Source: a virus (Duplodnaviria; Caudoviricetes). From it: 42,821 nucleotides of DNA. The notes beneath the pieces were generated by a model, which saw only the letters and a program-made list of their open reading frames with translations, was not told the origin of the DNA and ran no database searches. Position numbers and translations under genes: made by a program. Shown here one piece after another: positions 27,891 to 36,633 of the stretch. Within the stretch, counting starts at the first letter, position 1. Each line of letters begins with the position of its first letter. The stretch lies in IMG/VR virus record IMGVR_UViG_3300032257_000254, positions 1 through 42,821 of that record, one strand, 5' to 3'.

Positions 27891-29791
27891 ATCCTTTTGA
27901 TAAGCTTAAAGCTAAGGTAGAAGCTAAGCCTGAGCCTCTAGAGACTAGTGTAGTAGATAAGTCTATGGAGTCCATGCTAGATAAGTCTGTAGAGCATGAA
28001 GCCTCCCTAGATATGTCCATTGCTCCTAGAGATAAGAGAGAGCCAGAAGAAATTAAATCCTCTCTATCTGCTATGATGCAGAAGATGAAGTCTAAGCACT
28101 TACATATAGCAGAAGTAGAGCCTGAGCCAGACCCCGATGCTTTACCTCTATATGATAAAGAGGGTAATAGGATCTCTCTAGACTCTGACCAGGCCTTCGC
28201 AGTAGATAAAGCTCGCTATGGGCAGTCCTTCTGCCTTATAGGTAATGCTGGTACTGGTAAGACTACTACTAATCAGGCTATACTTCTAACTTGGATGCAG
28301 TACCATGCACATATTATAACTCAGATACAGTACCGCATTAAAGGTGTCGGAGAGTATGCAGAAGCGCCTAGTGTAGCAGTAGTATCATGGACTAATCAAG
28401 CTACAGATAATATGCGTAAAGCTTTGCTCTCTAATCCTACTCTTGAGGAATGGTTAGGTACGGGCTTAAACATTACTACTATTCACAACCTATTAGAATA
28501 CTCTAGAGACTATGTAGATGTATGGGATGAAGAGACTCAAGAGACTCGCTCTGTAATGCAGTACTTCCCTACTAGGACAGCAGCTAATCCTTTAAATATA
28601 ACTCACTTAGTACTAGAGGAAGGATCATTAGTAGCAGTCATGAAGGACTCAGGCTTATGGAATCAGCTACAGGATGCTTTACCTCCAGAGTGTCAGATCA
28701 TTATACTCGGAGATATATCTCAGCTACCTCCTATAGGTGGAAAGTCTATTCTATCCTATGCCTTGCTTGCTCTTCCTGTAGTAGAACTTAAGACTATACA
28801 TAGACAGGCTCTAGAGTCACCCATCATTAGACAGGCCTATAATGTACTATCAGGTAAGTCTATCCAGACTGATCTATTACCTAATGGTGAAGGGGTAGAA
28901 GTCTTGCATGGATCTTCTAAGACTAAGACTGGTATCTTCCGCTTTAAGCAAGCACTAGCTAAGGCTCTTCCCAATTTTATAGAGCTAGGCAAGTTCGTAC
29001 TCGGAGACAGCATTATCCTATCACCCTATAATAAACTTAAGGATGAGCATATAGGCGCTCAGCATATGAATAATATTATAGGCACATATCTAGCTCGTAA
29101 GGCGGACAGAGAGGTCTATGAGATCATAGCAGGTATAGCTACTATCTACTTATCAGTGGGAGATCATGTTCTATACAATAAACAAAAGGCTATAGTCACA
29201 GATATATCTATCAATCCTAAGTTTGTGGGTAAGCTACCTATGCCTGCATCTAAGACTCTAGACTATTGGGGTATGGATGCTAAAGCAGAGGACTTACATG
29301 ATGACATACTAGATTCATTAGACTCTATAGACTTAGCAGACGTACTTAATATAGACTACTCTAACCTAGATGTAGATTCAGACCCGAAAAAGCTCACAGA
29401 GAGGGCAGCCTCTCACACTATCAAGCTACACATAGATGGTATAGGAGAGCTAGAAGTCAATACAGCAGGAGCACTAGGAGCTGAAAACTTCTACTTAGCC
29501 TATGCCCTTACAGTGCATAAAGCTCAAGGCTCTGAATGGGACAATGTAATCTTTGTAGTCCATGACTCTAATGCCTCAGCTCTCTATAGAGAGATGCTCT
29601 ATACAGGTATGACTAGACCTAAGAAAAAGCTTATAGTCTTAGGCCAGCAGCATGTAATAGATAAGATGATTAAGAGTCCTCGCATCAAAGGCAACTCTTT
29701 GCAGGATAAGATAGCATTCTTTAATGGTACAGGCTACTTAGACCAAGAAGTAAACATACCTACAGGGTACAACCTAGGAGACAACCAATGA
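27887..29791 (+). CDS. RecD2/Dda-like SF1B helicase (634 aa)
   Basis: Motifs GNAGTGKTT, LVLEEGS, LGDISQLPPI, IHRQ, YALTVHKAQGSEW and LYTGMTR. Confidence 0.92.
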   Translation: MNPFDKLKAKVEAKPEPLETSVVDKSMESMLDKSVEHEASLDMSIAPRDKREPEEIKSSLSAMMQKMKSKHLHIAEVEPEPDPDALPLYDKEGNRISLDSDQAFAVDKARYGQSFCLIGNAGTGKTTTNQAILLTWMQYHAHIITQIQYRIKGVGEYAEAPSVAVVSWTNQATDNMRKALLSNPTLEEWLGTGLNITTIHNLLEYSRDYVDVWDEETQETRSVMQYFPTRTAANPLNITHLVLEEGSLVAVMKDSGLWNQLQDALPPECQIIILGDISQLPPIGGKSILSYALLALPVVELKTIHRQALESPIIRQAYNVLSGKSIQTDLLPNGEGVEVLHGSSKTKTGIFRFKQALAKALPNFIELGKFVLGDSIILSPYNKLKDEHIGAQHMNNIIGTYLARKADREVYEIIAGIATIYLSVGDHVLYNKQKAIVTDISINPKFVGKLPMPASKTLDYWGMDAKAEDLHDDILDSLDSIDLADVLNIDYSNLDVDSDPKKLTERAASHTIKLHIDGIGELEVNTAGALGAENFYLAYALTVHKAQGSEWDNVIFVVHDSNASALYREMLYTGMTRPKKKLIVLGQQHVIDKMIKSPRIKGNSLQDKIAFFNGTGYLDQEVNIPTGYNLGDNQ

Positions 29792-29970
29792 GCACTAAAT
29801 GCCTAACAGGAACTTGCTTAAAGGATCACTACGAACAAAAGATAGAACACCTAGAGAGGAGGCTGATACTAATTCAATCTAAAGCTAAGCAAATAGAAGA
29901 TGCAGAGGATGAAGAGCGTATGTATAACCATTTAGATTCCCTCTATGCACTAAGTGCGGCACCTGTATGA
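29788..29970 (+). CDS. Hypothetical protein (60 aa)
   Basis: AGGAG RBS; ATGA overlap. Confidence 0.7.
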   Translation: MSTKCLTGTCLKDHYEQKIEHLERRLILIQSKAKQIEDAEDEERMYNHLDSLYALSAAPV

Positions 29971-30041
29971 AGCCTAGTCACCTAGAGGCCTTATGTATCC
30001 TTATAGCCTTTCTATTAATTCTAATCAGTGGGAGTTTCTAA
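29967..30041 (+). CDS. 24-aa single-TM micropeptide MKPSHLEALCILIAFLLILISGSF
   Basis: ATGA overlap at its start, TAATG overlap at its end; not in the ORF track. Confidence 0.55.
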   Translation: MKPSHLEALCILIAFLLILISGSF

Positions 30042-30244
30042 TGCCAGATCAGAATAAGGTAGTAACCTCACTATCTAAGTATCAACAGTTAGTAGCATCT
30101 AAGGATATACTTACATCTAATTTAAGCATTAAAACAGAAGAGCTAAGACGGATAACAGCATTAATCAAGCAATTTACATACTCTAGAAGTGCAGAGGATG
30201 ATACAGTTATAATCAATAAACTATTAGAAGCAATAGGAGAATAA
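30041..30244 (+). CDS. Hypothetical protein (67 aa)
   Basis: Likely start 30041 (GGGAG RBS) rather than 29993. Confidence 0.65.
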   Translation: MPDQNKVVTSLSKYQQLVASKDILTSNLSIKTEELRRITALIKQFTYSRSAEDDTVIINKLLEAIGE

Positions 30245-30249
30245 CGATA

Positions 30250-30603
30250 ATGTATACACTAAGCGAAAAGGTAGTACTAGAAAAGGAAGAATATGATATA
30301 ATTATAGATGCAGCAAGAGAAGCTAGCCCTCTAGAAGTAAGTGCATTAAAGGCAAGAGTAGATGAGTTAGAGGCTATGCTAGACGAGAGAGCAGCTCAGC
30401 TTGATGAAGGTGAAAGGCTTATGCAGGAATCAGATAATTATATCAAATTCTTAGAGTTTAAAACCAAAAAACAAAAATTAACTAAACAAATGCTTAAAGA
30501 TCTTAAGCGTATCAGAGGTGAGTATAGAAACTATGCCACAATAGGTATAGAGTTCTGTCAGTATATGGATAAATTAACCCAAGAAGATCCAATAGGAGGA
30601 TAG
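30250..30603 (+). CDS. Coiled-coil hypothetical protein (117 aa)
   Basis: AGGAG RBS; heptad pattern. Confidence 0.7.
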   Translation: MYTLSEKVVLEKEEYDIIIDAAREASPLEVSALKARVDELEAMLDERAAQLDEGERLMQESDNYIKFLEFKTKKQKLTKQMLKDLKRIRGEYRNYATIGIEFCQYMDKLTQEDPIGG

Positions 30604-30604
30604 A

Positions 30605-30859
30605 ATGTCAGAGCAAGAAGAGCAAGCAATAAAGGTATTAACAGATAAGGCTAAAGAGGTCACAGATAGATTTGTAGTAGTCTTAAACTCAATGATTAAA
30701 GAAGGATCTCTGGGATCAGATGCTGTATGTATAGGGGCTTCAGCTATAGTAGCTTCATCAGTACATCAAATGACACTAGCAGGTATGCCCTTAGATACTT
30801 GCATAGCACAAGTTGAAGCTATAATCAGAGAGTACTCGGAGCAACAACTAAACCGATGA
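30605..30859 (+). CDS. Hypothetical protein (84 aa)
   Basis: AGGAGG RBS. Confidence 0.7.
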   Translation: MSEQEEQAIKVLTDKAKEVTDRFVVVLNSMIKEGSLGSDAVCIGASAIVASSVHQMTLAGMPLDTCIAQVEAIIREYSEQQLNR

Positions 30860-31257
30860 TACCAGCAGCTATAAAGATAAGGATAGTCTTAGGCATAAGG
30901 TTCCCCAAATATGAGCGGGAGATTAAGCATCTATTCCCTTGCCCTAGACAGGAGGATCTTATAGCCTTAGACTTATTACCTTGGACTTGGAAAGAAATCT
31001 TATATGGATCACCTCTCTATCATCCAAACTTCTGCCTTAATTGTCACTCACACTTAGGAGCATGTATAGGTGGTAAGATAACTGCATCCTGTAGTCACTG
31101 CCAAGGTAAAGATGAACACTCTGCCTTTAACTCTAATAGGGCAAACCAAATAAAATTTATGTTAGGCTATAGCTTAGGCTATTGTCCTGAATTGATAGAC
31201 CTCCTTATAGGAGAGTTTAGTAAAGGTTTAAAATCACCACTGGAGCTAGAACTATGA
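30856..31257 (+). CDS. Putative Zn-finger protein (133 aa)
   Basis: CLNC...CSHC pairs; ATGA overlaps. Confidence 0.6.
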   Translation: MIPAAIKIRIVLGIRFPKYEREIKHLFPCPRQEDLIALDLLPWTWKEILYGSPLYHPNFCLNCHSHLGACIGGKITASCSHCQGKDEHSAFNSNRANQIKFMLGYSLGYCPELIDLLIGEFSKGLKSPLELEL

Positions 31258-31520
31258 GTCAAGAAGAAGATCAATCTACAGAGGATATATGGAATACTCT
31301 CTATGCCAATGATGAGATACAGTTGATTGTGCATAAGGATGACTATAAGACTATGTATGATGCCTTAACTAGAGAGAAGCATCGCTCTCTTAAGGGAACT
31401 AACGACAGGTCTAGAATGAAGTTCCTTAAGACTGAGCGCATAGGAGACCCCGACTTCTACGACGTAGAGATCAAGCTATCCTCACCGAATGGCACAACTA
31501 TAAGGACTAAAACATCATGA
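31254..31520 (+). CDS. Hypothetical protein (88 aa)
   Basis: GGAG RBS; ATGA overlaps. Confidence 0.7.
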   Translation: MSQEEDQSTEDIWNTLYANDEIQLIVHKDDYKTMYDALTREKHRSLKGTNDRSRMKFLKTERIGDPDFYDVEIKLSSPNGTTIRTKTS

Positions 31521-31741
31521 ACCTATGGATATTAGCATACATTGATTTGGTACTATGCGGGATACTTATGAATCTAATACTGGCTAAGCATGTAGATCAC
31601 CCTATATCTATATGGTCTACTTACACCTGGGTTAAGGTTATAATCTCACAGCTAGTATTACCTGTATTCAGTACCCTAATTATTATCTTACCAATAGACT
31701 GGACTAAAGAGAGGAAGTTCCCATGGCAGAAGAAGCACTAG
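31517..31741 (+). CDS. Small two-TM membrane protein (74 aa)
   Basis: Two hydrophobic segments and a basic tail. Confidence 0.65.
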   Translation: MNLWILAYIDLVLCGILMNLILAKHVDHPISIWSTYTWVKVIISQLVLPVFSTLIIILPIDWTKERKFPWQKKH

Positions 31742-32049
31742 ATTTATTTCGGGCTAAGCTCGGAGAGTTTGAAGAACTCATAGCTAAGGAGCATGACCTC
31801 CAGCCTGATGATATTAGAGGAGCCTTACAAGAACTATCTAAGGAACTGCATAAGACTCCTGACTTAGTCTATCTACTTGAAGATCAAGAGATAGGTATGA
31901 TAGCCAAAGGTGCTATGATTACTACAGGCATCAAGCAGGAGATGGAAGAGAAGGCTAAGAAGAAGGCTCCAAGGAAGAAAAGAATAACAGCTAAGACAGC
32001 TAAAGATAAGCCTATGGAAATACTCAGCGAAGACGATATACTATTCTAG
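31723..32049 (+). CDS. Hypothetical protein with Lys-rich tail (108 aa)
   Basis: GAGG RBS; helical N-terminus, KAKKKAPRKKR C-terminal segment. Confidence 0.7.
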   Translation: MAEEALDLFRAKLGEFEELIAKEHDLQPDDIRGALQELSKELHKTPDLVYLLEDQEIGMIAKGAMITTGIKQEMEEKAKKKAPRKKRITAKTAKDKPMEILSEDDILF

Positions 32050-32059
32050 GAGCAGGACA

Positions 32060-32134
32060 ATGGCAGAGCTATATGCAATAACTATATTAGCCTCACTAGC
32101 TATCTTCACTATAAGTGTATGGTGGGATCTATGA
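32060..32134 (+). CDS. 24-aa single-TM micropeptide MAELYAITILASLAIFTISVWWDL
   Basis: AGGAGCAGGA RBS; ATGA overlap with the next gene; not in the ORF track. Confidence 0.6.
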   Translation: MAELYAITILASLAIFTISVWWDL

Positions 32135-32340
32135 GAGGGCATAAGTGGGAACTATCCGCACAGAAGGGGCAACACAGATACTATAAGTGTGAGTTCTGTG
32201 GTGAAGCTACAGAGCGTTATGCTAATGAACCTTGGCCTTATGGAGGGCAGTGTAAGAACGCCCCACCTAAAGAACCTAAGCCCGCTAGACGTAAAACTGA
32301 CAGAGGCTACTGGAGAACTAAGATTAGGAGTAAGAGCTAA
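32131..32340 (+). CDS. Small Zn-ribbon-like basic protein (69 aa)
   Basis: H...CEFC...C; likely start 32131. Confidence 0.6.
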   Translation: MRGHKWELSAQKGQHRYYKCEFCGEATERYANEPWPYGGQCKNAPPKEPKPARRKTDRGYWRTKIRSKS

Positions 32341-32594
32341 TGGAAGGATTACCACAACCAATAGGAAACTTCCAAGGCATTAATATCTATGTCAATAAGA
32401 ACATGCCGGAGTTTATGCCTAGAGATAAGTTTAAGCTAAGGATTGAAGTATCTCCTGAATTTGGTGCTACCTATGATAGGTGGACTATAGAGATGTTCGG
32501 TGGTGAGCCTATGTTCCTACGGCTAGGACAGGCTAAGATGATAACTCATCCTAATAACTTAAAACTTATAGAGGTATGGTTAGATGAGACTTAG
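32340..32594 (+). CDS. Hypothetical protein (84 aa)
   Basis: AGGAG RBS; TAATG overlap. Confidence 0.7.
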   Translation: MEGLPQPIGNFQGINIYVNKNMPEFMPRDKFKLRIEVSPEFGATYDRWTIEMFGGEPMFLRLGQAKMITHPNNLKLIEVWLDET

Positions 32595-33522
32595 TTATAG
32601 CACAAACAATTTAGTGCAGTCATGTCCCCGAAAGTATCAGATCTCTAAGCTGCAAGGTGAGGGAGAAGATCAATCTAATGAGAACAATGTACACTTCGAC
32701 TACGGTACAGCTCTAGGATGGGGACTACAATGCTTAATGGATACTCGCAACAGAGACTTAGCTATAGCTGTAGCCTTAGCCCATTACCATTGGAATGAGG
32801 AGGCGAATAAATGCTTTGAGTCTATAGTATTAGCTATACTCAACTTTGATCTTAGCTCTGACTGGCGTCCTTATATAATGCCTAATGGTAAACCTGCTCT
32901 AGAGCTTAGCTTTAAGCTAGTACTAGGTACTGATCCAGTCACAGGAGAAGAGGATTACTATTGCGGATTTATGGATGCAGTACTCCAGAATAGATATACT
33001 AAGCAGTTAGCAGTCTATGAGGTTAAGTCTACCGGATTAAATCTACAAGACCTTAGTCCTCTATATGGTAATAGTCCACAAGGTTTAGGGTATTCTCTAA
33101 TCTTAGGAGCTATACAGGCAGACGCCAGCTTTACCGTATACTATCCAGTAGTGCAACTGATACGCAGTTGGAAACCTAGGCTCAAAGTCTATGAGTTTAC
33201 TAAGACTCTAAAGGATAGACTAGAATGGTTGATAGATATTCAACTCTTATATGATCAGATGTGTATATACAGAGAGATGGACTATTACCCTAAGCATGGG
33301 CAATCTTGTGTACAATTTAATAAAGCTTGCTATCTCTATGGCACCTGTGACTTAGATGCCTATACAGACTCAGCAACCTATAATAAGCAGAAGGCAGAAG
33401 TAGAATGGGATTATGTATTTCACATAGACGATCTAATTAAACTAACAGAGGAACAACTCCATGGCCACACTATCACAAAGACAGAGGACATTAGCAGTAG
33501 GTTATCTAAGCTCCGTACTTAA
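32584..33522 (+). CDS. PD-(D/E)XK exonuclease, Cas4/AddB-like with Fe-S cysteines (312 aa)
   Basis: Motifs LSYS..CPRKY, FMDAVL, YEVKST and C-terminal C......C.....C. Confidence 0.8.
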   Translation: MRLSYSTNNLVQSCPRKYQISKLQGEGEDQSNENNVHFDYGTALGWGLQCLMDTRNRDLAIAVALAHYHWNEEANKCFESIVLAILNFDLSSDWRPYIMPNGKPALELSFKLVLGTDPVTGEEDYYCGFMDAVLQNRYTKQLAVYEVKSTGLNLQDLSPLYGNSPQGLGYSLILGAIQADASFTVYYPVVQLIRSWKPRLKVYEFTKTLKDRLEWLIDIQLLYDQMCIYREMDYYPKHGQSCVQFNKACYLYGTCDLDAYTDSATYNKQKAEVEWDYVFHIDDLIKLTEEQLHGHTITKTEDISSRLSKLRT

Positions 33523-33754
33523 TCAACTCATGGTAGCAGATAACCTAGGCAACACTACTACAGTACAGTTAGTATTTGTAGTACAGAAAGTTAGTCAAGG
33601 TACACCCAAACTTTATAAGGTAGAGTACCGCTTAGCTGTAGAGGACAAGCCTAAGTATGTACCAATAAAGAAAGCTAAGGAACAACTTATCAGAGTGATT
33701 AGAGCTTATGCTCTAGGAGGTAAGGTTACATTTCCAAGAGGTACTACAGTATGA
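33461..33754 (+). CDS. Hypothetical protein (97 aa)
   Basis: GAGG RBS inside the nuclease 3' end (62-nt overlap); ATGA overlap downstream. Confidence 0.6.
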   Translation: MATLSQRQRTLAVGYLSSVLNQLMVADNLGNTTTVQLVFVVQKVSQGTPKLYKVEYRLAVEDKPKYVPIKKAKEQLIRVIRAYALGGKVTFPRGTTV

Positions 33755-33996
33755 GCCATCGGTACTCAAACTATAAGCCCCTCGCTCTATTAGGGGGGGA
33801 TAATAATAGGATTATTAAAGCTAAGGTAGATATAACTATAGGGCACTGGTGGTGGAAGTTTACAGCTTATAGTGTTCCAGTATTTAAATATCCTAATAGC
33901 TCTTGGCATTACTATAATATGGAGCACTTACCTTGCGTAAATGATGCAGGTATAGATACTGCAGAGCTTAACTATTTATTAAGGGAAGAGAAGTAA
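33751..33996 (+). CDS. Hypothetical aromatic-rich protein (81 aa)
   Basis: GAGGT RBS. Confidence 0.65.
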   Translation: MSHRYSNYKPLALLGGDNNRIIKAKVDITIGHWWWKFTAYSVPVFKYPNSSWHYYNMEHLPCVNDAGIDTAELNYLLREEK

Positions 33997-33997
33997 T

Positions 33998-34825
33998 ATG
34001 AGCATTAAGAACCTACTTGCAGCAAGGCAAGCATTGAAAGAGAAGGCATTGAGTCCTAATAAGATTCTAATCTACGGTGACTCTAAGACTGGTAAGACAC
34101 AGTTCGTAGGTACAGCAGCTAAGATGGATCAGATAGATAACATCTGGTGGTTTGACTTAGAGCATGGAGTAGAAACCTTACTACACTCTGACCTTACAGA
34201 TGAACAGCTAGAGAAGATTCATGTCTTTAATGTTGTAGATAATCCTAATAATCCTGTAGCAGGAGAGACTATTCTTAAAGCCTTTACAGCTAAGCAGCCT
34301 GTACCTATCTGCCATGAGCATGGTAAGGTTAGATGCCCATTATGTGGCTCAGAGGATAAGACGGATTGGAACTTAATATCTATGGGTAAGAGAGATCTAG
34401 TAGTTATAGACTCAGGCTCTCAGCTTGCTACCTCTGTACATAATATAGCATTAAGAGATGGTGGGTATAAAGATAAGAGGCTCTACTATGTAGACTCTAG
34501 TAAGATGTTAAATGATATCTTTACTTGTACTCAGGCTGTTAACACTAATATAGTAATGATTACACATTCACTTGACATTACCGACGATGAAGGTAAAATA
34601 CTAAAGACTGTCCCGCTAATACTTTCACAGAACTATTCTAAGAATGTAGGCAAGTACTTCGGACAAGTAGTTTATCTATCAGTAGAGCTACGTAAGCATA
34701 AGATAGGCTCTAGCTCTACCTATAAACCAACACTACTAACAGGCTCACGTACAGGAGCTAAGTTAGAGAATGCTAAGGAGTATCCTAGCATGGAAGATTT
34801 GCTCTTCCCAGAGAGTACAACTTAA
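33998..34825 (+). CDS. Sak4-like (AAA_24) ssDNA-annealing ATPase with Zn-knuckle insertion (275 aa)
   Basis: Motifs KILIYGDSKTGKT, FDLEHG, VVIDS and VMITH; CHEH....CPLC insertion; lies between the nuclease and the putative SSB. Confidence 0.8.
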   Translation: MSIKNLLAARQALKEKALSPNKILIYGDSKTGKTQFVGTAAKMDQIDNIWWFDLEHGVETLLHSDLTDEQLEKIHVFNVVDNPNNPVAGETILKAFTAKQPVPICHEHGKVRCPLCGSEDKTDWNLISMGKRDLVVIDSGSQLATSVHNIALRDGGYKDKRLYYVDSSKMLNDIFTCTQAVNTNIVMITHSLDITDDEGKILKTVPLILSQNYSKNVGKYFGQVVYLSVELRKHKIGSSSTYKPTLLTGSRTGAKLENAKEYPSMEDLLFPESTT

Positions 34826-34980
34826 TGATGACCTATAATGCTAAGCTAGATAGATGGGAAGTACTTAATATCCATGGAGTAGTACTAGCTTGGTGTATAG
34901 GATCTATGACTAAGGAAGAGAGAAGGGCTTGGAATAAAACCCTATTTTGGACTTATAACCCGGATTCTCGTAGAGAATAG
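34825..34980 (+). CDS. Hypothetical 51-aa Trp-rich protein not in the ORF track (MMTYNAKLDRWEVLNIHG...)
   Basis: TAATG overlap with the ATPase stop; manual translation. Confidence 0.5.
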   Translation: MMTYNAKLDRWEVLNIHGVVLAWCIGSMTKEERRAWNKTLFWTYNPDSRRE

Positions 34981-34984
34981 ACTT

Positions 34985-35042
34985 ACTGCCTTAAGCAGTT
35001 ACACAGTCCCAGTCGCTGGGACATAACCTAGACCGTAAGGTC
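34985..35042 (+). promoter_or_regulatory. Three tandem hairpins in the leader of the putative SSB gene
   Basis: ACTGC/GCAGT, GTCCCAG/CTGGGAC and GACC-GTAA-GGTC (GNRA loop). Confidence 0.6.
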
Positions 35043-35065
35043 ATAACTTTAAAGAGAGATATATT

Positions 35066-35536
35066 ATGAGTGAAGAAAATAATACAGCAGTAGGTGGTGA
35101 AGCAGAAGAAGAACTCTTCGATCTGGATGCTAATATAGATGATGTAGAGGCAGCACCGGAGTTTGTTAATCCTGTGAATGGCCACCATGAGTTTGCAGTG
35201 ACTAGCTGTAAGGTAAAGGACAAGCGTATTAACATTACCTATAAGTTACTGGAAACTATTGAGCAATCTAATGACGATGATATACCGTCAGAAGTAGGCT
35301 CTCTCTGTGCAGAAGGCTGGCAACGTACCAAGCAAGGTATGGAGTTCTTTAAAGCTCGTGTCAAGAAGCTCTTAGATGAAGATGCTATCAAAGGTGCCTC
35401 TATCTCAGACATCGTGGCAATGCTGGATTCTGATGAGTACCAAGAGGGCTATAAGTTCTCTGCTGTAACTAAGGAGACTACATCTGGAGAGTACACTAAC
35501 CTGCGCTTCTCTAAGATTAAGCTCTTACCACGCTAA
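35066..35536 (+). CDS. Putative ssDNA-binding protein (DUF669-like, 156 aa)
   Basis: Acidic; FVNPVNGHHEFAV and YTNLRF segments; canonical position after a Sak4-like gene. Confidence 0.6.
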   Translation: MSEENNTAVGGEAEEELFDLDANIDDVEAAPEFVNPVNGHHEFAVTSCKVKDKRINITYKLLETIEQSNDDDIPSEVGSLCAEGWQRTKQGMEFFKARVKKLLDEDAIKGASISDIVAMLDSDEYQEGYKFSAVTKETTSGEYTNLRFSKIKLLPR

Positions 35537-35543
35537 GTAGTAC

Positions 35544-35726
35544 CTATCCCTGCTCTTGCAAACTTCGATCTCTCCTAAGAACCTTGGCGTTACACATGGT
35601 CATTGTACTAAGAGAGGCAGGAGTAGGGATAGTCTTTATGTTCCGCGATCAATAGGTCTAGGGTTCTCGTTTACCACCCGTTTGCTCCTGTCTAAGCAGG
35701 GGATGACTGAATATCTTAGCCGGAAC
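35544..35726 (+). ncRNA. Candidate structured ncRNA (two multibranch domains)
   Basis: 16-bp stem 35544-59/35617-32 with two G-U pairs; second domain closed by GTTCCG/CGGAAC. Confidence 0.6.
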
Positions 35727-35764
35727 TCCCTAATCCCAATACTTTCTAGGAGAGTCTTTAGATT

Positions 35765-35863
35765 ATGGAACAACTAACTACATTAATACAAGCCTTAGCC
35801 TTTCTGCTATTCTTTGTAGCAGGATTAATACTGGGGTATTCACTGAGAGGCCACGTAGAATGA
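35765..35863 (+). CDS. 32-aa single-TM micropeptide MEQLTTLIQALAFLLFFVAGLILGYSLRGHVE
   Basis: AGGAG RBS; ATGA overlap with the next gene; not in the ORF track. Confidence 0.65.
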   Translation: MEQLTTLIQALAFLLFFVAGLILGYSLRGHVE

Positions 35864-36087
35864 AAACACCCGTAAAGATAGAAGAGAATAAAGATACTAT
35901 ACGCATAGTATTCTCTAATGGAGATATAAAAGATATCTCTAGGCATGGAGAATCTAGTCTTATGGCAGTAGCTAATTATATGTATGGTGCTGGCAAAGCA
36001 GAAGCTTTTGAAGCGGGTAAGGATTATATCAAAGCTATATATGATAATGCCTTTGCCAGAATAGGGGAGAGATCATGCCGACTTTAA
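35860..36087 (+). CDS. Hypothetical protein (75 aa)
   Basis: GAGG RBS. Confidence 0.7.
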   Translation: MKTPVKIEENKDTIRIVFSNGDIKDISRHGESSLMAVANYMYGAGKAEAFEAGKDYIKAIYDNAFARIGERSCRL

Positions 36088-36446
36088 AGGGTGTAGAAGT
36101 AGTACACTATCGCAGGAATCTACACATAGAATTAACAGAGGATATGCAAAAAGCACTACTCTATATCTATGGTATGATGCAGAGCTTAGAACTCTTAGGC
36201 TTACCTGTAGCTAATGACTTTGAAGACTGTCAGAATGAAACATGGCAGCACATAGTATTCCCCGAAACTTCTGACCTAGCGTTTCAGAACGCTCTACATG
36301 GTTGTGGATTCGAGAGGTGCATAGACCCAGTAAGTGAAAGAGACTTAGACTTCTGGGAGCGTATGCAGCGAGGGGAAGAGATGATAACTAATAGCCATCA
36401 TAATGGCTTCACAGGCAGAAAGGAGAAAGACAATGGGAAGACGTAG
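36075..36446 (+). CDS. Hypothetical protein (123 aa)
   Basis: GGGGAG RBS. Confidence 0.7.
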   Translation: MPTLKGVEVVHYRRNLHIELTEDMQKALLYIYGMMQSLELLGLPVANDFEDCQNETWQHIVFPETSDLAFQNALHGCGFERCIDPVSERDLDFWERMQRGEEMITNSHHNGFTGRKEKDNGKT

Positions 36447-36633
36447 AAGTTTTATAGGATTAGGGGAAGCAGCCAAAATATATGGCATCACTGTAGAAGA
36501 ATTTAAGAAGCGCTTTCCTACTAAGATACTAGCCATTAGGGGTATGCCTCACCAAGGTAAGCAAGAGTGTGCCCGCAGAGTAGCACAACACAAGAGGGGT
36601 ATGCTTACTAAAAGTAATAGGTGGGCAGGATGA
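36433..36633 (+). CDS. Small basic protein with possible MerR/Xis-type HTH (66 aa)
   Basis: AGGAG RBS before ATG 36433; IGLGEAAKIYGITVEEF. Confidence 0.55.
   Translation: MGRRRSFIGLGEAAKIYGITVEEFKKRFPTKILAIRGMPHQGKQECARRVAQHKRGMLTKSNRWAG

Noticed and set aside
32584-33522. CRISPR-Cas system (Cas4-like gene; repeats at 25485/25707)
   Set aside because: No repeat-spacer array and no other cas genes; solo Cas4-like nucleases are common in phage recombination modules.
35640-35730. tRNA gene
   Set aside because: Cloverleaf-like, but it lacks a TTCRA T-loop, a 7-nt anticodon loop and a CCA end.
35556-35777. 73-aa ORF over the structured RNA
   Set aside because: TTG start inside a stem, no RBS, atypical composition; the RNA structure explains the region better.
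36433-36633. Excisionase implying a temperate lifestyle
   Set aside because: The HTH resemblance is weak, and no integrase or repressor was found.
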